39,838 bases of DNA from a virus. A model generated the notes under the pieces. It saw only the letters and a program-made list of their open reading frames with translations. It had not been told where the DNA came from and ran no database searches. The DNA lies in the IMG/VR virus record IMGVR_UViG_3300031260_000020, positions 1-39,838 of that record, one strand, 5' to 3'. Shown piece by piece: positions 26,747 through 36,016 of this stretch; position 1 is the stretch's first letter; each line of letters opens with the position of its first letter. The position numbers were made by a program, and so were the translations under genes.

Positions 26747-27110
26747 CTATCGTTTCACGCTTTGCCAGTTCGTCTGCTAGGCTTTCAACTATTTCAATTG
26801 GAATGCAACCAGCAATGTTGCCAAACGAAAAATACTTATCAAAGTTTTCTATACCCAAATCGCTTGGCAAAAAGAAGTATTTATCGTTGGGTTTTTCTTT
26901 TGTATAGTTGACATTCACAATACCAACTTCAACGTGCGAACAATCAGATAGTTTCAACCAATCCATTCTCGGTATAGAGCAGTGAGTCTCACTTGCCTGA
27001 ACAGACAGAATCACTTTCTTATCCCCAATCTTGAAAATTGTTCCCTTTCTTAACCACCCTGGGCGGCCACCGTAGGGCGAGTTATCTACCCATTCATCCC
27101 TTAGTTTCAT
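26736..27110 (-). CDS. Hypothetical early protein
   Basis: 124-aa ORF. Confidence 0.3.
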   Translation of the reverse strand: MKLRDEWVDNSPYGGRPGWLRKGTIFKIGDKKVILSVQASETHCSIPRMDWLKLSDCSHVEVGIVNVNYTKEKPNDKYFFLPSDLGIENFDKYFSFGNIAGCIPIEIVESLADELAKRETIVDD

Positions 27111-27219
27111 CTCACACCTCCTTATTTACTTCACGATACTTAACATTTATGTTTAGTTGCGTGTAGTCAAAAAGGCTGGCGGCTCGCACCGCCAGTAAGG
27201 GGGGTTCCAGTAGCGAAAA

Positions 27220-27558
27220 TCAGTTTTCTTTTCTGAGCATGCTATCAAGACCAGACACTATTCCTTTGAGCCGCTCTTCTGTGAACAGCTTGATATTTCC
27301 GGCCTTGAAATCAGGCTTGATTTTGTACTGATTTATTAGTCTCCGCAACAGGTCAGGATCATATTTATATTTCCTGCCAAATTCCGGGATGCTAATATAA
27401 GTCTTGCTTTCTACCATCTCTATCACTCCTTTAAAAAGTTTTGTCTCTCCACAACTCAAAGTTCTGAAGAAAGAAAACTTCTGACACACAGCCTCCGAGA
27501 TCTGCTTCTCTGCACCTGGATTCCACGGGCGGCTCTCTTTAGCTATGCTGGTTGTCAA
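27220..27558 (-). CDS. Hypothetical early protein
   Basis: 112-aa ORF, first gene after the intergenic control region. Confidence 0.3.
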   Translation of the reverse strand: MTTSIAKESRPWNPGAEKQISEAVCQKFSFFRTLSCGETKLFKGVIEMVESKTYISIPEFGRKYKYDPDLLRRLINQYKIKPDFKAGNIKLFTEERLKGIVSGLDSMLRKEN

Positions 27559-27776
27559 AGATCGTTACGAGTCCATTCTACTCATTTTCTGGCACCGCAC
27601 GCAACATCGATGGGAGTCGATTATACCAACATAGAGTTATTGAGAGACGATTAGAGCATCTATGCTGTGTCATGCGTAACTTTCCACTATTCTCAAAACA
27701 TGAAAAGCTACTCATCGATACCCAAAATGCTAGGTTAAACTATATTCCGATGGAAGTATCCAAAATTAGTCGTTAT

Positions 27777-27852
27777 TTGCCCCACCATTGAAAGTTTTTA
27801 TTTGTTGGGGTGAGATTACACGTTGAGATATGAAAACTTTCAATGTGGGCAA
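27777..27852. promoter_or_regulatory. Long imperfect inverted repeat in the largest intergenic region (candidate operator, origin or structured RNA)
   Basis: Arms TTGCCCCACCATTGAAAGTTTT (27777-27798) and AAAACTTTCAATGTGGGCAA (27833-27852) separated by 34 nt. Confidence 0.4.
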
Positions 27853-27862
27853 TCCTGCGGGG

Positions 27863-27892
27863 CAAAAAAAAGAAACCTCCCCGAAGGGAGGC
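27863..27892 (-). terminator. Rho-independent terminator
   Basis: Minus strand CCTCCC-ttcg-GGGAGG followed by TTTCTTTTTTTT, just after the stop of gene 27910..28320. Confidence 0.65.
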
Positions 27893-27909
27893 TAGGAAGT
27901 CCGAGATCC

Positions 27910-28320
27910 TTAGCCATTCGAGACAAAGAATAATCTGAAATCTCTGTTCTTTGCTTCATCCCTAATGACTTCAAGAATGAACGAACCCGACAAGGGCGTT
28001 TCTTCCTTTTCCCATACTTTTACAATTCCCTTCTTGGTTATTTCGTGAAACCTTGAATACCTTTCTGGAGCGTTTGGTGCCTTCTCAAACCTTTCCTGAA
28101 ACCACGGCTCAACCTTTAGATTCTCAATGGCTTCGAGTTCGCCTTCGTAGATAACTTTGTCTAATAGTTCTTCCTTTGCTCTCTCGTTGAATCTCATCTT
28201 CCACACCTCCGCAAGTATTATTTCTTCAAGATGTTCTTTCATTGTTTTCTCCTTCTTTGCCAACCAGACTTTGTATTCTTTTGCCAATTCATCTGAGATT
28301 CTGAAAAGGAGCTGGGCCAT
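27910..28320 (-). CDS. Hypothetical protein
   Basis: 136-aa ORF. Confidence 0.35.
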   Translation of the reverse strand: MAQLLFRISDELAKEYKVWLAKKEKTMKEHLEEIILAEVWKMRFNERAKEELLDKVIYEGELEAIENLKVEPWFQERFEKAPNAPERYSRFHEITKKGIVKVWEKEETPLSGSFILEVIRDEAKNRDFRLFFVSNG

Positions 28321-28322
28321 TT

Positions 28323-28838
28323 TTAGCGCCTCCTTCTAATGACTCTGAGAACTTTCTCAATACTTGCAACTGGGTATCCATCAAGGCCCTCATCCGTTTG
28401 GATGCCTTCGAAAATTACAATGTCAAAATCTGTACCGTTATAACCCATCTGGCCACCGAATTGTTCATCCGTTCTTTCTTCAATTAGCTCTCTTAGTTCA
28501 TCGTCTGAGAGTCCGAGTTCTTCGTCAGTTACTTCCACATTGAAGCAATTTACTCCACCATAATAAACGTCGTAATCCCATTCTTCCGGGCCTTCATCTG
28601 ACTCTTCAAAATGTTCTCGAATGATAACAACGGTCTCTCTTTCATGTTCCTCCAAGAATGCTTCTATATCTTCAATTTCGTCTGCATTCACAACAATGTC
28701 TCCGGTAGGTTCATTGTATCCTTCGATTCTGTCAATGCTTCTTGTCGCTTCGTTATTCTCGTTTGCATATCTCACAAATCTTTGTTTCATCTCTTCCCCT
28801 CCTTCCAAAGAACGGGGTGGTTGCCCCGCTCTTAGCAC
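28323..28838 (-). CDS. Highly acidic hypothetical protein (start probably internal Met)
   Basis: Asp/Glu-rich throughout (...EIEDIEAFLEEHERE...EESDEGPEEWDYD...DEELGLSDDELRELIEERTDEQ...). Confidence 0.35.
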   Translation of the reverse strand: MLRAGQPPRSLEGGEEMKQRFVRYANENNEATRSIDRIEGYNEPTGDIVVNADEIEDIEAFLEEHERETVVIIREHFEESDEGPEEWDYDVYYGGVNCFNVEVTDEELGLSDDELRELIEERTDEQFGGQMGYNGTDFDIVIFEGIQTDEGLDGYPVASIEKVLRVIRRRR

Positions 28839-29077
28839 TGATAACCTCTTGCTCTCAAGTCTATGTAGTTTCCTTCTCTTCCAACGATTCTCGGGGTGTT
28901 CCCCTGATAGAACTCGATTGCTGCTATTGCCAAATCTGCTAAGAAGTAATGCACTCTAAAAAGTCCTGTTTTGTTTGGTGCTTCTTTCCAATTCTCGTTA
29001 TTCTCTTTGATTTTGTTGAACATCTTTCTCAGTTCTTCTTCGGTGTAACCTTTGTAAACCTCTTCTCTCTTTATCAT
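28832..29077 (-). CDS. Hypothetical protein
   Basis: 81-aa ORF. Confidence 0.3.
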   Translation of the reverse strand: MIKREEVYKGYTEEELRKMFNKIKENNENWKEAPNKTGLFRVHYFLADLAIAAIEFYQGNTPRIVGREGNYIDLRARGYQC

Positions 29078-29184
29078 TTTGTTCCCCTCCTTTGTCTTTC
29101 TTGATAAGAGTATAGCATGATATAAAGATAACTACAATAAACATACAGTAAACTATATGTAACGAATAGATACATATAATAGGC

Positions 29185-29215
29185 AAAAAGAAAAGCCCCC
29201 GGCTTTCACCGAGGG
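29185..29215 (-). terminator. Probable Rho-independent terminator at the end of the late/lysis transcript
   Basis: Minus strand CCCTCGG-tgaaag-CCGGGGG (7-bp stem, one G-U) followed by CTTTTCTTTTT. Confidence 0.45.
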
Positions 29216-29240
29216 CGGGTGTTACACCAGGAGGGGGTAA

Positions 29241-29561
29241 CTATCTAACGAACAATGCTTTTGCTATTTCGGCTTCAGGAGCGTCAGGCTCAAGACCGGC
29301 GGCTGCTGAATCGTCCTTGAAGAGTTCATCGACAAACTTGTCAATGGTTATGTTGATCGCGATGATGACGATTCTTTCGAGAAGATATTCGAGAAAGTCG
29401 ATCTTGAAGTCGATTGCCTTCTCGACCAGTTCGGCCAGCTTCTTCTTAACCATTTCTTTTACTTCTTCGTGGTTGAACCCTGCATCTTTTAACAGTTTTG
29501 CGCCCTGTTTCAAAATGTTCAGTATCTTTTCAAACATCTTTATTCCTCCTTCATAAGCCAC
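29241..29561 (-). CDS. Hypothetical protein
   Basis: 106-aa ORF downstream of the endolysin. Confidence 0.3.
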   Translation of the reverse strand: MAYEGGIKMFEKILNILKQGAKLLKDAGFNHEEVKEMVKKKLAELVEKAIDFKIDFLEYLLERIVIIAINITIDKFVDELFKDDSAAAGLEPDAPEAEIAKALFVR

Positions 29562-30074
29562 TCAACGGCTTTTGGATTTTGCCTCCCAGTCAGGGAACGA
29601 TTCGTAAATGCTTATTAGTTTCTTTGCATAGTCTGGATCAGTCGCATAACCGGCTTTGTGGATCGCGTCGAAATATAGCAACGGCTCGTGTCTCAAGAGC
29701 CACGCTCTGTGGTATCTCTCGTCCTGAGAGATCTTGACAATGTAGGCCAGCATCGATTGTAGCGGGGAAGTGAAGGTTTCGAATGTATGAGTCTCTATCA
29801 CCCACTCACCGTTGAATTCAGTAGTCGTTGCTTCTATCGACCCCGGAAGCCAGGGAACGTCTTTGATACCGAACAAATTGTTTGCCACAATGTGTCTTCC
29901 CCATCCGGTCTCAAGTGCAGCCTGCACGAGCAAGACCACAGGCGGGAAGTCACAGGCGAGACCAACTAGGATAGCGTCGTCTCGGTATTTTTCTATGAAA
30001 TCCATCTTCACACTCATCGGCACATCAACCTCCATCGTTGAAACTTGAGCGGCAAGGAGAGTCATGAGAAGCAC
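29562..30074 (-). CDS. Endolysin: mannosyl-glycoprotein endo-beta-N-acetylglucosaminidase domain protein
   Basis: ...LLVQAALETGWGRHIVANNLFGIK... matches the glucosaminidase (FlgJ-type) core motif; hydrophobic N-terminus. Confidence 0.7.
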   Translation of the reverse strand: MLLMTLLAAQVSTMEVDVPMSVKMDFIEKYRDDAILVGLACDFPPVVLLVQAALETGWGRHIVANNLFGIKDVPWLPGSIEATTTEFNGEWVIETHTFETFTSPLQSMLAYIVKISQDERYHRAWLLRHEPLLYFDAIHKAGYATDPDYAKKLISIYESFPDWEAKSKSR

Positions 30075-30086
30075 TACGAAAAAACT

Positions 30087-30380
30087 TCATCCCCCTCCTC
30101 CACCAAACAAGCTCATCACCCAAGTCATTACCGCGCTGGAAGAGACGATAGCAACAATCAGCTTCCAAAGAAGCCGCCCGTTCCTTGCATCTATCGCCTT
30201 CTCTACTTTTTCTTCTACCAGGCCGTTGTGCAAGTCGTCTGAAAGCGTATCAATCTTGTCGCCTAGCTTGCCAACGTCTTTTTGAACATCGTCCATCTTT
30301 GTGAGCAGGACTGTTCTATCAGTTTTCAACTGCTCAATATCGTGTGCATATTTGCATTCTTCGCCCATAGCGCACCTCAC
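30087..30380 (-). CDS. Hypothetical protein with C-terminal transmembrane segment (holin-like?)
   Basis: C-terminus LLWKLIVAIVSSSAVMTWVMSLFGGGGG. Confidence 0.3.
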   Translation of the reverse strand: MRCAMGEECKYAHDIEQLKTDRTVLLTKMDDVQKDVGKLGDKIDTLSDDLHNGLVEEKVEKAIDARNGRLLWKLIVAIVSSSAVMTWVMSLFGGGGG

Positions 30381-31189
30381 ATCGATCTTTCCAAGATTTC
30401 TATACCTTTGTATGTACCATCGAACCTCATGAGATACTCAAGTTGCGGACTCGGTCTCATGAATGACTCTTGCGCATAGTTTGAGTAGTTCTGAAATGCA
30501 GAGAGAATCACGTTTCGAACCTCTCTGGCATACACAGTCTTGCGTTGCGGGTCGTAGACGAGACGGGATGAAGGTATCAGGTTCGGATCATGCACATGCC
30601 CCATGATACTGAAGTCGCAATTCTCCATGATGTCTCCCAAAGCAGCGGCCTTGTTCGCCTTCGCACCCTTCGTGCGTCCCCCGCCGTATCCATGAGCGAT
30701 GAGACCTACGTAACTATTCATCCTGCTGTACGACTTTGATACTTGGTTTTTCCTGTACTGGCCGACTCTCAGATGAAGAACCCCAAGACCTCTCACGAAA
30801 GGCACTTCGAGAATGTTTGCCAGAGCTTCGGCCATATTGAAGCCTGTTTTCTTCTCCATGCCTCTTTCGTGATTCCCATCCATGATGAGCAGAATGTTGT
30901 CTCGAATCGGTTTGAAGAGATTTGCCACAGTCACGAGTGCAACGTTGAGATCGTCTCCTTGCTGTTCCTTGAGAAGCCACGAGAAGAAGAGCTTGTCAAA
31001 CGTGTCGCCTATCAACAATGTTAGATAGTTGTTCTCTTTGATTTCGGCTATTTTTCGTTCTATGAGGCTGTGGTTTGAATACCTTGAATCCCAGTGCAAG
31101 TCTCCGAGAGGCAGGAGATAGATTTCCTTTGCTTCCGGGAATGAGCGTTGAACCACTTTGACATCGACGGGAGTATGAACGTGTGACAT
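30377..31189 (-). CDS. Calcineurin-like metallophosphoesterase
   Basis: Motifs GDLHWD, IGDTFD, DGNHE and GHVHD in canonical order. Confidence 0.75.
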   Translation of the reverse strand: MSHVHTPVDVKVVQRSFPEAKEIYLLPLGDLHWDSRYSNHSLIERKIAEIKENNYLTLLIGDTFDKLFFSWLLKEQQGDDLNVALVTVANLFKPIRDNILLIMDGNHERGMEKKTGFNMAEALANILEVPFVRGLGVLHLRVGQYRKNQVSKSYSRMNSYVGLIAHGYGGGRTKGAKANKAAALGDIMENCDFSIMGHVHDPNLIPSSRLVYDPQRKTVYAREVRNVILSAFQNYSNYAQESFMRPSPQLEYLMRFDGTYKGIEILERSM

Positions 31190-31192
31190 TCA

Positions 31193-31417
31193 TTAAAGCC
31201 CACCCAAGTATTTCAGAATTAGCATCACGAGAAAAGCACCCGAAGCAGTAGCTACGAAGTCCAGGAACTCAGCCGTTCCATGTTCAATATCCCAGAACTC
31301 TTTGATGAGGCCGACCAAACCGGCAACCAGAAAGCCAAGTAATGGTATCTTCGTGAGATATCCGACCACCACAGAAACGAGCGCTCCGGCCATAAAGTGC
31401 AGAATTTTGTCTGTCAT
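31193..31417 (-). CDS. Putative holin (small membrane protein with two hydrophobic helices)
   Basis: 74 aa: HFMAGALVSVVVGYL and LGFLVAGLVGLI plus ASGAFLVMLILKYL. Confidence 0.4.
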   Translation of the reverse strand: MTDKILHFMAGALVSVVVGYLTKIPLLGFLVAGLVGLIKEFWDIEHGTAEFLDFVATASGAFLVMLILKYLGGL

Positions 31418-31430
31418 AGTTTACCTCCGA

Positions 31431-31904
31431 TTATTCAAGTTCAATCACAAATGATGGCTCCCAAGCAGGCGGTGAGCAATCTGACAACTCAATCGCCTGA
31501 AGTTCCCAGTAGTTTGCATCCCATTGGTTGCCTGTTTTTATTGTTGAATACCAATAGAAAATCGGGTATGTCAGAGAGAGGATCGGGCCGTAGATAGCGT
31601 GCTGAACGTAGTGCACATATTCATGATTGAGAACATGGTTGAGAACGGTTTCCTGCTCATGATGGTAGATATCCGGGCTGACTACGATGAAAGGACCAAA
31701 GTTGAATGCCCCATATGGCGTGTTCGCAACGACCATGATCGGATCGAAGAACCATGAATAGGCCCATGACACCGCATATACGGTTATGACGGTTCCAACG
31801 GCGTATTTGACGGCTGGCGGGATCTCCTCAAAGAACTCCACGATATTTGCAATAGACACAGAACTGATGACAATTACAAGCACGATTGCAAGCAGTTTTT
31901 TCAT
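31431..31904 (-). CDS. Membrane-anchored protein with HExxH zinc-metallopeptidase-like motif
   Basis: N-terminal TM MKKLLAIVLVIVISSVSI; motif LNHEYVHYVQH; GGAGGT RBS before ATG. Confidence 0.4.
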   Translation of the reverse strand: MKKLLAIVLVIVISSVSIANIVEFFEEIPPAVKYAVGTVITVYAVSWAYSWFFDPIMVVANTPYGAFNFGPFIVVSPDIYHHEQETVLNHVLNHEYVHYVQHAIYGPILSLTYPIFYWYSTIKTGNQWDANYWELQAIELSDCSPPAWEPSFVIELE

Positions 31905-31918
31905 TTTTGACCTCCATG

Positions 31919-31940
31919 AAAAAAAGACCCCGAAGGGTCT
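31919..31940 (-). terminator. Rho-independent terminator between tail and lysis modules
   Basis: Minus strand AGACCC-ttcg-GGGTCT followed by TTTTTTT. Confidence 0.6.
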
Positions 31941-31943
31941 CTC

Positions 31944-32120
31944 TTATGTGTGATGTTGTTCCTTAGATTTTTTTTCTTCCAATTCGGCAATTCTTTGCTC
32001 TTTTGCTTTATACTCCGCAACTGCTTGCTGCATTGCTTTGTCAAGACTTTCAAGCGCAAGGTTTGTCGTTCCAATGATTGCCATTTTCGCGTTTCCAAAT
32101 GCACGAATGAGTTCTTCCAT
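31944..32120 (-). CDS. Small coiled-coil ORF (58 aa) downstream of the tail fibre gene
   Basis: AGGAGG RBS then ATG; MEELIRAFGNAKMAIIGTTNLALESLDKAMQQAVAEYKAKEQRIAELEEKKSKEQHHT; stop immediately precedes the terminator. Confidence 0.3.
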   Translation of the reverse strand: MEELIRAFGNAKMAIIGTTNLALESLDKAMQQAVAEYKAKEQRIAELEEKKSKEQHHT

Positions 32121-32131
32121 TTTTTACCTCC

Positions 32132-35100
32132 TTATAATGTATATCTATCTAGTGCTACCCAGTATGAGTATGTGCCACTATCATGCGGAGTCTTGAAATA
32201 CAGAACGTACTGCGGCCCAACACCAGCTGTTTTCAACCAAATCCAGATATTTGAGTTCGGGCAATCTTCCGCATCTGTCCAATCCGTCCAGCTCGAAGGA
32301 TATTTGTTTGTTGCGGTTGTTTTTGTGCCGTACCACGTGGGAATACCGAACTTTATGTAATCAGCGAATGAAACAAAACCATTTATGTCGAAGCTCCCGT
32401 TGTCATAGTAGTACCATGACTGGTACGGGGTCGTGCTTCCTGCTTTCCAGATCATTTCTACATAATCAGAGTAGCTGGTGGCGTTCGCATGAGTCGCAAC
32501 TGAAAAAAGGGCTTCCCCTTCCAACGTTTCTCCGTTGTAGAAAAGCGATTCAAGAGTCACGTAGGCCGTGTTCTCATTAGTAATGGTTCCATATCCAAAA
32601 TTGAGAAACTTCTTGCCTGTCGAGGCCCATTGCATGGCTACCCAGCCTGCATTGGAACTGTAACCGCCGTCAACCATATCAATCTTTCCATCTTCAAAGT
32701 GGATTGCGTTATCTCCATACCCGAGCACTATGTCGCCCTTGATGTTTAGCTTCTCCCCATTCCAAGCGAGATAGTTCGGGTCAATCCCTGCGCCAACTAC
32801 TGACAATTTCCATCCAGCAGCATCAAAGAGTTTTATGCTGCCGATACTCGCATAACTTGCGGTAACCGCTAGAATTTTCAGGCGATAATAGAAGTAAGCT
32901 CCTGGAGAGGATATGCTGAAATCGGTCGCCTTCCATCCAGTCCAAGCGGAAATGCCTGACTGAGTATCGAGATCTGTCCAGTTAGTTCCGTCATTCGAAC
33001 CTTGAATTACCCACCCAGTAGCACAGTTCGAGGAACTCGCACTATATATGTTATAGCTGGCTAGAGTCTTTCTGATAGGCAATTTGATCTGCGACCAGTT
33101 GTTTACATAGTGATTGATTACTGATGACGTACTTTCTCTGAAAAGGTACCACGCATTGCTTCCACCCCAGTTGTTTGAAACCACATATCCGCTGGGCGTA
33201 GTGTTTGAAGTCATGAATGGATGAATCCTCTCTCCGAGACTCTTACCCATCCAAAGTCCTTCATCCATGAATAGCCCGGAATTGATCCGGAAATACCCAT
33301 TCTCAGAGACATAGATTCCATCACCAGTCAACCCAGCAGGGCCAACCCCTTTTCCTATCTGAATGTTAGAACCGACAACGATTTTCCTACCAACAGACAA
33401 ATCGAGCGTAGCTTCTAACTTATTAGCCGTTACTGAACCAGCGAGGATTTTGCCTGCGGTTATAGCATCCGTCGCTATATGGTTTGCTACTATCTTTCCA
33501 AACCAAGCACTATTGCCCACTATCTCGTCAACATCCATATGAAGAGTTTTAATTTCACCCGCTAAAATCATTCTTGCAATAATGGTATCATCAGTAATTT
33601 GACCGCTAGCAATATAACCAGCAATATCTGAAAAGTCAAGATTAGTAAGTCTGGTATCTAAGTCTGAAAGCTCACTCGAGATACTCGAACAGGTTACCCC
33701 AGTCGAAGTGGTCACCCAAGAAGTCGATTCGTTCCCATAGATGTCATATGCTTTCACCCGGTATTTGTAGTACGTCCCGGCAGTTACGTTTTTATCTATA
33801 AATTCCTTTGATTGCACAATCGCGATTTCTACCCAGCTAGAATATGGAGAAGGAGCACGTTCAACTACATAATGCGAGAAATCAGAAGGCTTTGAATGAT
33901 TCCAGTACACATATACTATATCAAAACCTCCCGCAGCAGAGATGCTTGTCAGGTTCGCGGGAATAGTTGTATCTTGAGCGCTCGTAATACTTTGAGAAGA
34001 TGTCCAGGAGGACTCAAAACCCTCTATGTCTTTTGCCTTTACTTTCACATAGACGGTTACTCCAGCCTTGACCTCTATAACGAGACTCGTTTCTGAAGTA
34101 AGCCCCGAATTATACCAGTTGACTCCGTCATAACTCCAGGCAACTTCATATCCCTTTATATCGGTTTCAGTGTTCGCAGACCAAGTGGCCTTTACATACG
34201 TCTTGCCATCAGAGAAGAATGTTGAAAGGGCAAGCCCTGTCGGTGTTGCAGGAGCCGAACCATCACCGAACGCCGGTTCATATGGAATGTTCGTACCCGG
34301 CCCAGTCGTCGATCCGGGAGGTGGCGTATACACAAATGCAGATGCTCTGTCGCTTCTGAGGGTGACTGTCATATTTCTGTTCCGATAGTCTATATCTATT
34401 TCTCGCACCCATGCTCTGTGTGAAAGTCCAGTCGAAGCGTCCACAATGTTTACCTTATTTCCAACACTCCAGCCCAGACCTAATGAGAAGTCTGCAAGCG
34501 GCACAACGATTTCAAACTTGTCATTGCCGTTTTCATAGAGCCACTTTGCAAGACTCGAAGCCCATACCCTGGAAGATATGAGATCGTTTGATACTTCTCT
34601 CTCAACATTGAACGATCCGGCATCATAGATCACTTCGAGATAGTTCTCGACAACCGGCTTGCCTTCAATCACGAGCTTTGTAACGTTCTTGTCTGCCCCG
34701 GCACTGTTGTCTATTTGAAGATACATGAAATCAGGGTACTTCAGAACGCCGGTATCGAAGTTCGCATCGTACACGGTCTGATTGAGAGTCAAGCCAGAGT
34801 CAAACTCTTTGGCAGCGTTGACCGTAGCATAGTCATCAACGTCGATCGCGGGAGAGTCAAACTTTGCACGCCATTGATCGTCAGCGATAACGTTGCCGTT
34901 CTCGTCTTTGCCGGTTGGTAGCCCATCAGGCGTGACAGTACCGGCCCAAGTAAAGATAGGCTCTTTCGAAGTCTTGACACTGCGATTCTTTGACTTAACT
35001 ATGACTCGCTCGCCCTCGCTAGGCAGCCATTGCAGTGAGTCTATATCTTTCAACTTCGAGACTGTGATCGTGCCGACTGTGGACGTTGACCAGCTGGCCG

Positions 35101-35668
35101 CAAACCCTGCCCGAAATTGGAGGACTCCCGACTCGTCGAACCACATAGACCCGCCGCACGAATCGACGATCTCCTGGAGCCTGTCTGTGAGTTTGTCTTT
35201 GATGGAGTATAGCGCATAGCCCACGATTGCCTGAGTCGTGCCAACTCCGGTAGCAACAACTATACTGTCAAGATTGCGGCTGCCTAAGCCTATCCCACCG
35301 CAAGTCTCCACGAGCCAGATCAGTATTGCATCGGCCGTCGAACCGATGAACATTTTGTCCTGACACTTGAGCTTTTGAAGTTGTTTCATTTTGTCAAACG
35401 CCTGTACATGAACAGTCCTGCCGTTTCTCGTGAGAGTTGGCTTTTCTGCGTAGCCTGTGAACTGCTTGACTGAATTTATCCATACTTCCACGAGCTGACC
35501 TTCGATGTCAAGGTTTGAGATAGTGTACGCAAGATTTGTGTTATCAATATCGAAGCTGCACTCGTTCGGAGAAATCTTTCCATGTAATACGTCATTTTTA
35601 TGGACTATCGGCCCAGAAACTATCCGGGCCGAAATATCCACGCTGTTGAGGTTGACCTGAAAGCTCAT
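32132..35668 (-). CDS. Tail fibre / host-specificity protein (about 1178 aa from internal ATG overlapping the upstream stop)
   Basis: Large beta-rich protein directly after the tape measure and distal tail genes; fibronectin-III-like repeats (...TWSANTETDIKGYEVAWSYDGVNWYNSG...; ...YYKYRVKAYDIYGNES...). Confidence 0.6.
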   Translation of the reverse strand: MSFQVNLNSVDISARIVSGPIVHKNDVLHGKISPNECSFDIDNTNLAYTISNLDIEGQLVEVWINSVKQFTGYAEKPTLTRNGRTVHVQAFDKMKQLQKLKCQDKMFIGSTADAILIWLVETCGGIGLGSRNLDSIVVATGVGTTQAIVGYALYSIKDKLTDRLQEIVDSCGGSMWFDESGVLQFRAGFAASWSTSTVGTITVSKLKDIDSLQWLPSEGERVIVKSKNRSVKTSKEPIFTWAGTVTPDGLPTGKDENGNVIADDQWRAKFDSPAIDVDDYATVNAAKEFDSGLTLNQTVYDANFDTGVLKYPDFMYLQIDNSAGADKNVTKLVIEGKPVVENYLEVIYDAGSFNVEREVSNDLISSRVWASSLAKWLYENGNDKFEIVVPLADFSLGLGWSVGNKVNIVDASTGLSHRAWVREIDIDYRNRNMTVTLRSDRASAFVYTPPPGSTTGPGTNIPYEPAFGDGSAPATPTGLALSTFFSDGKTYVKATWSANTETDIKGYEVAWSYDGVNWYNSGLTSETSLVIEVKAGVTVYVKVKAKDIEGFESSWTSSQSITSAQDTTIPANLTSISAAGGFDIVYVYWNHSKPSDFSHYVVERAPSPYSSWVEIAIVQSKEFIDKNVTAGTYYKYRVKAYDIYGNESTSWVTTSTGVTCSSISSELSDLDTRLTNLDFSDIAGYIASGQITDDTIIARMILAGEIKTLHMDVDEIVGNSAWFGKIVANHIATDAITAGKILAGSVTANKLEATLDLSVGRKIVVGSNIQIGKGVGPAGLTGDGIYVSENGYFRINSGLFMDEGLWMGKSLGERIHPFMTSNTTPSGYVVSNNWGGSNAWYLFRESTSSVINHYVNNWSQIKLPIRKTLASYNIYSASSSNCATGWVIQGSNDGTNWTDLDTQSGISAWTGWKATDFSISSPGAYFYYRLKILAVTASYASIGSIKLFDAAGWKLSVVGAGIDPNYLAWNGEKLNIKGDIVLGYGDNAIHFEDGKIDMVDGGYSSNAGWVAMQWASTGKKFLNFGYGTITNENTAYVTLESLFYNGETLEGEALFSVATHANATSYSDYVEMIWKAGSTTPYQSWYYYDNGSFDINGFVSFADYIKFGIPTWYGTKTTATNKYPSSWTDWTDAEDCPNSNIWIWLKTAGVGPQYVLYFKTPHDSGTYSYWVALDRYTL

Positions 35669-36012
35669 GTAGTCACCTCCAGAAACTCGAGCGTTTCTTC
35701 GTACATTGCCACACCCTTGATCCACTTCTCTTTGTACTCGTACGTGCCGATCAGCTTCACATTTACGGCAGACTCGGAGTCTATCTTCAGAGTAGCCGCG
35801 GTCTGCCTGTATGATTCCAGCGTGGTTCTGTCCGACTCGGTGAAGAAGAGAGGTATTTTGTATCTCTTCACCGTGCCGTCACAATAGTGATATGCCGAAC
35901 CGTCTGGTGCAATGTTCACGACCTCGACAGGCTCGACCACTCTGGTTCTGTATGGGTGTTTATATTTCTTCGGATAAACTGTGAAACTGAGAGAACCTAT
36001 GTAAACTGTCAT
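35665..36012 (-). CDS. Hypothetical tail protein (distal tail region)
   Basis: 115-aa ORF between the tape measure and tail fibre genes, translationally coupled (ATGA overlap). Confidence 0.3.
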   Translation of the reverse strand: MTVYIGSLSFTVYPKKYKHPYRTRVVEPVEVVNIAPDGSAYHYCDGTVKRYKIPLFFTESDRTTLESYRQTAATLKIDSESAVNVKLIGTYEYKEKWIKGVAMYEETLEFLEVTT

Positions 36013-36016
36013 TCTA

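Noticed and set aside
30714-31193. ORFs 30714..30980(-), 30743..31024(+) and 30996..31193(-)
   Set aside because: They overlap the metallophosphoesterase gene, which has the full ordered set of catalytic motifs
31901-32104. 67-aa minus-strand ORF 31901..32104
   Set aside because: It runs through the terminator hairpin and RBS region in a different frame from the better-supported 58-aa ORF 31944..32120, which has an AGGAGG RBS
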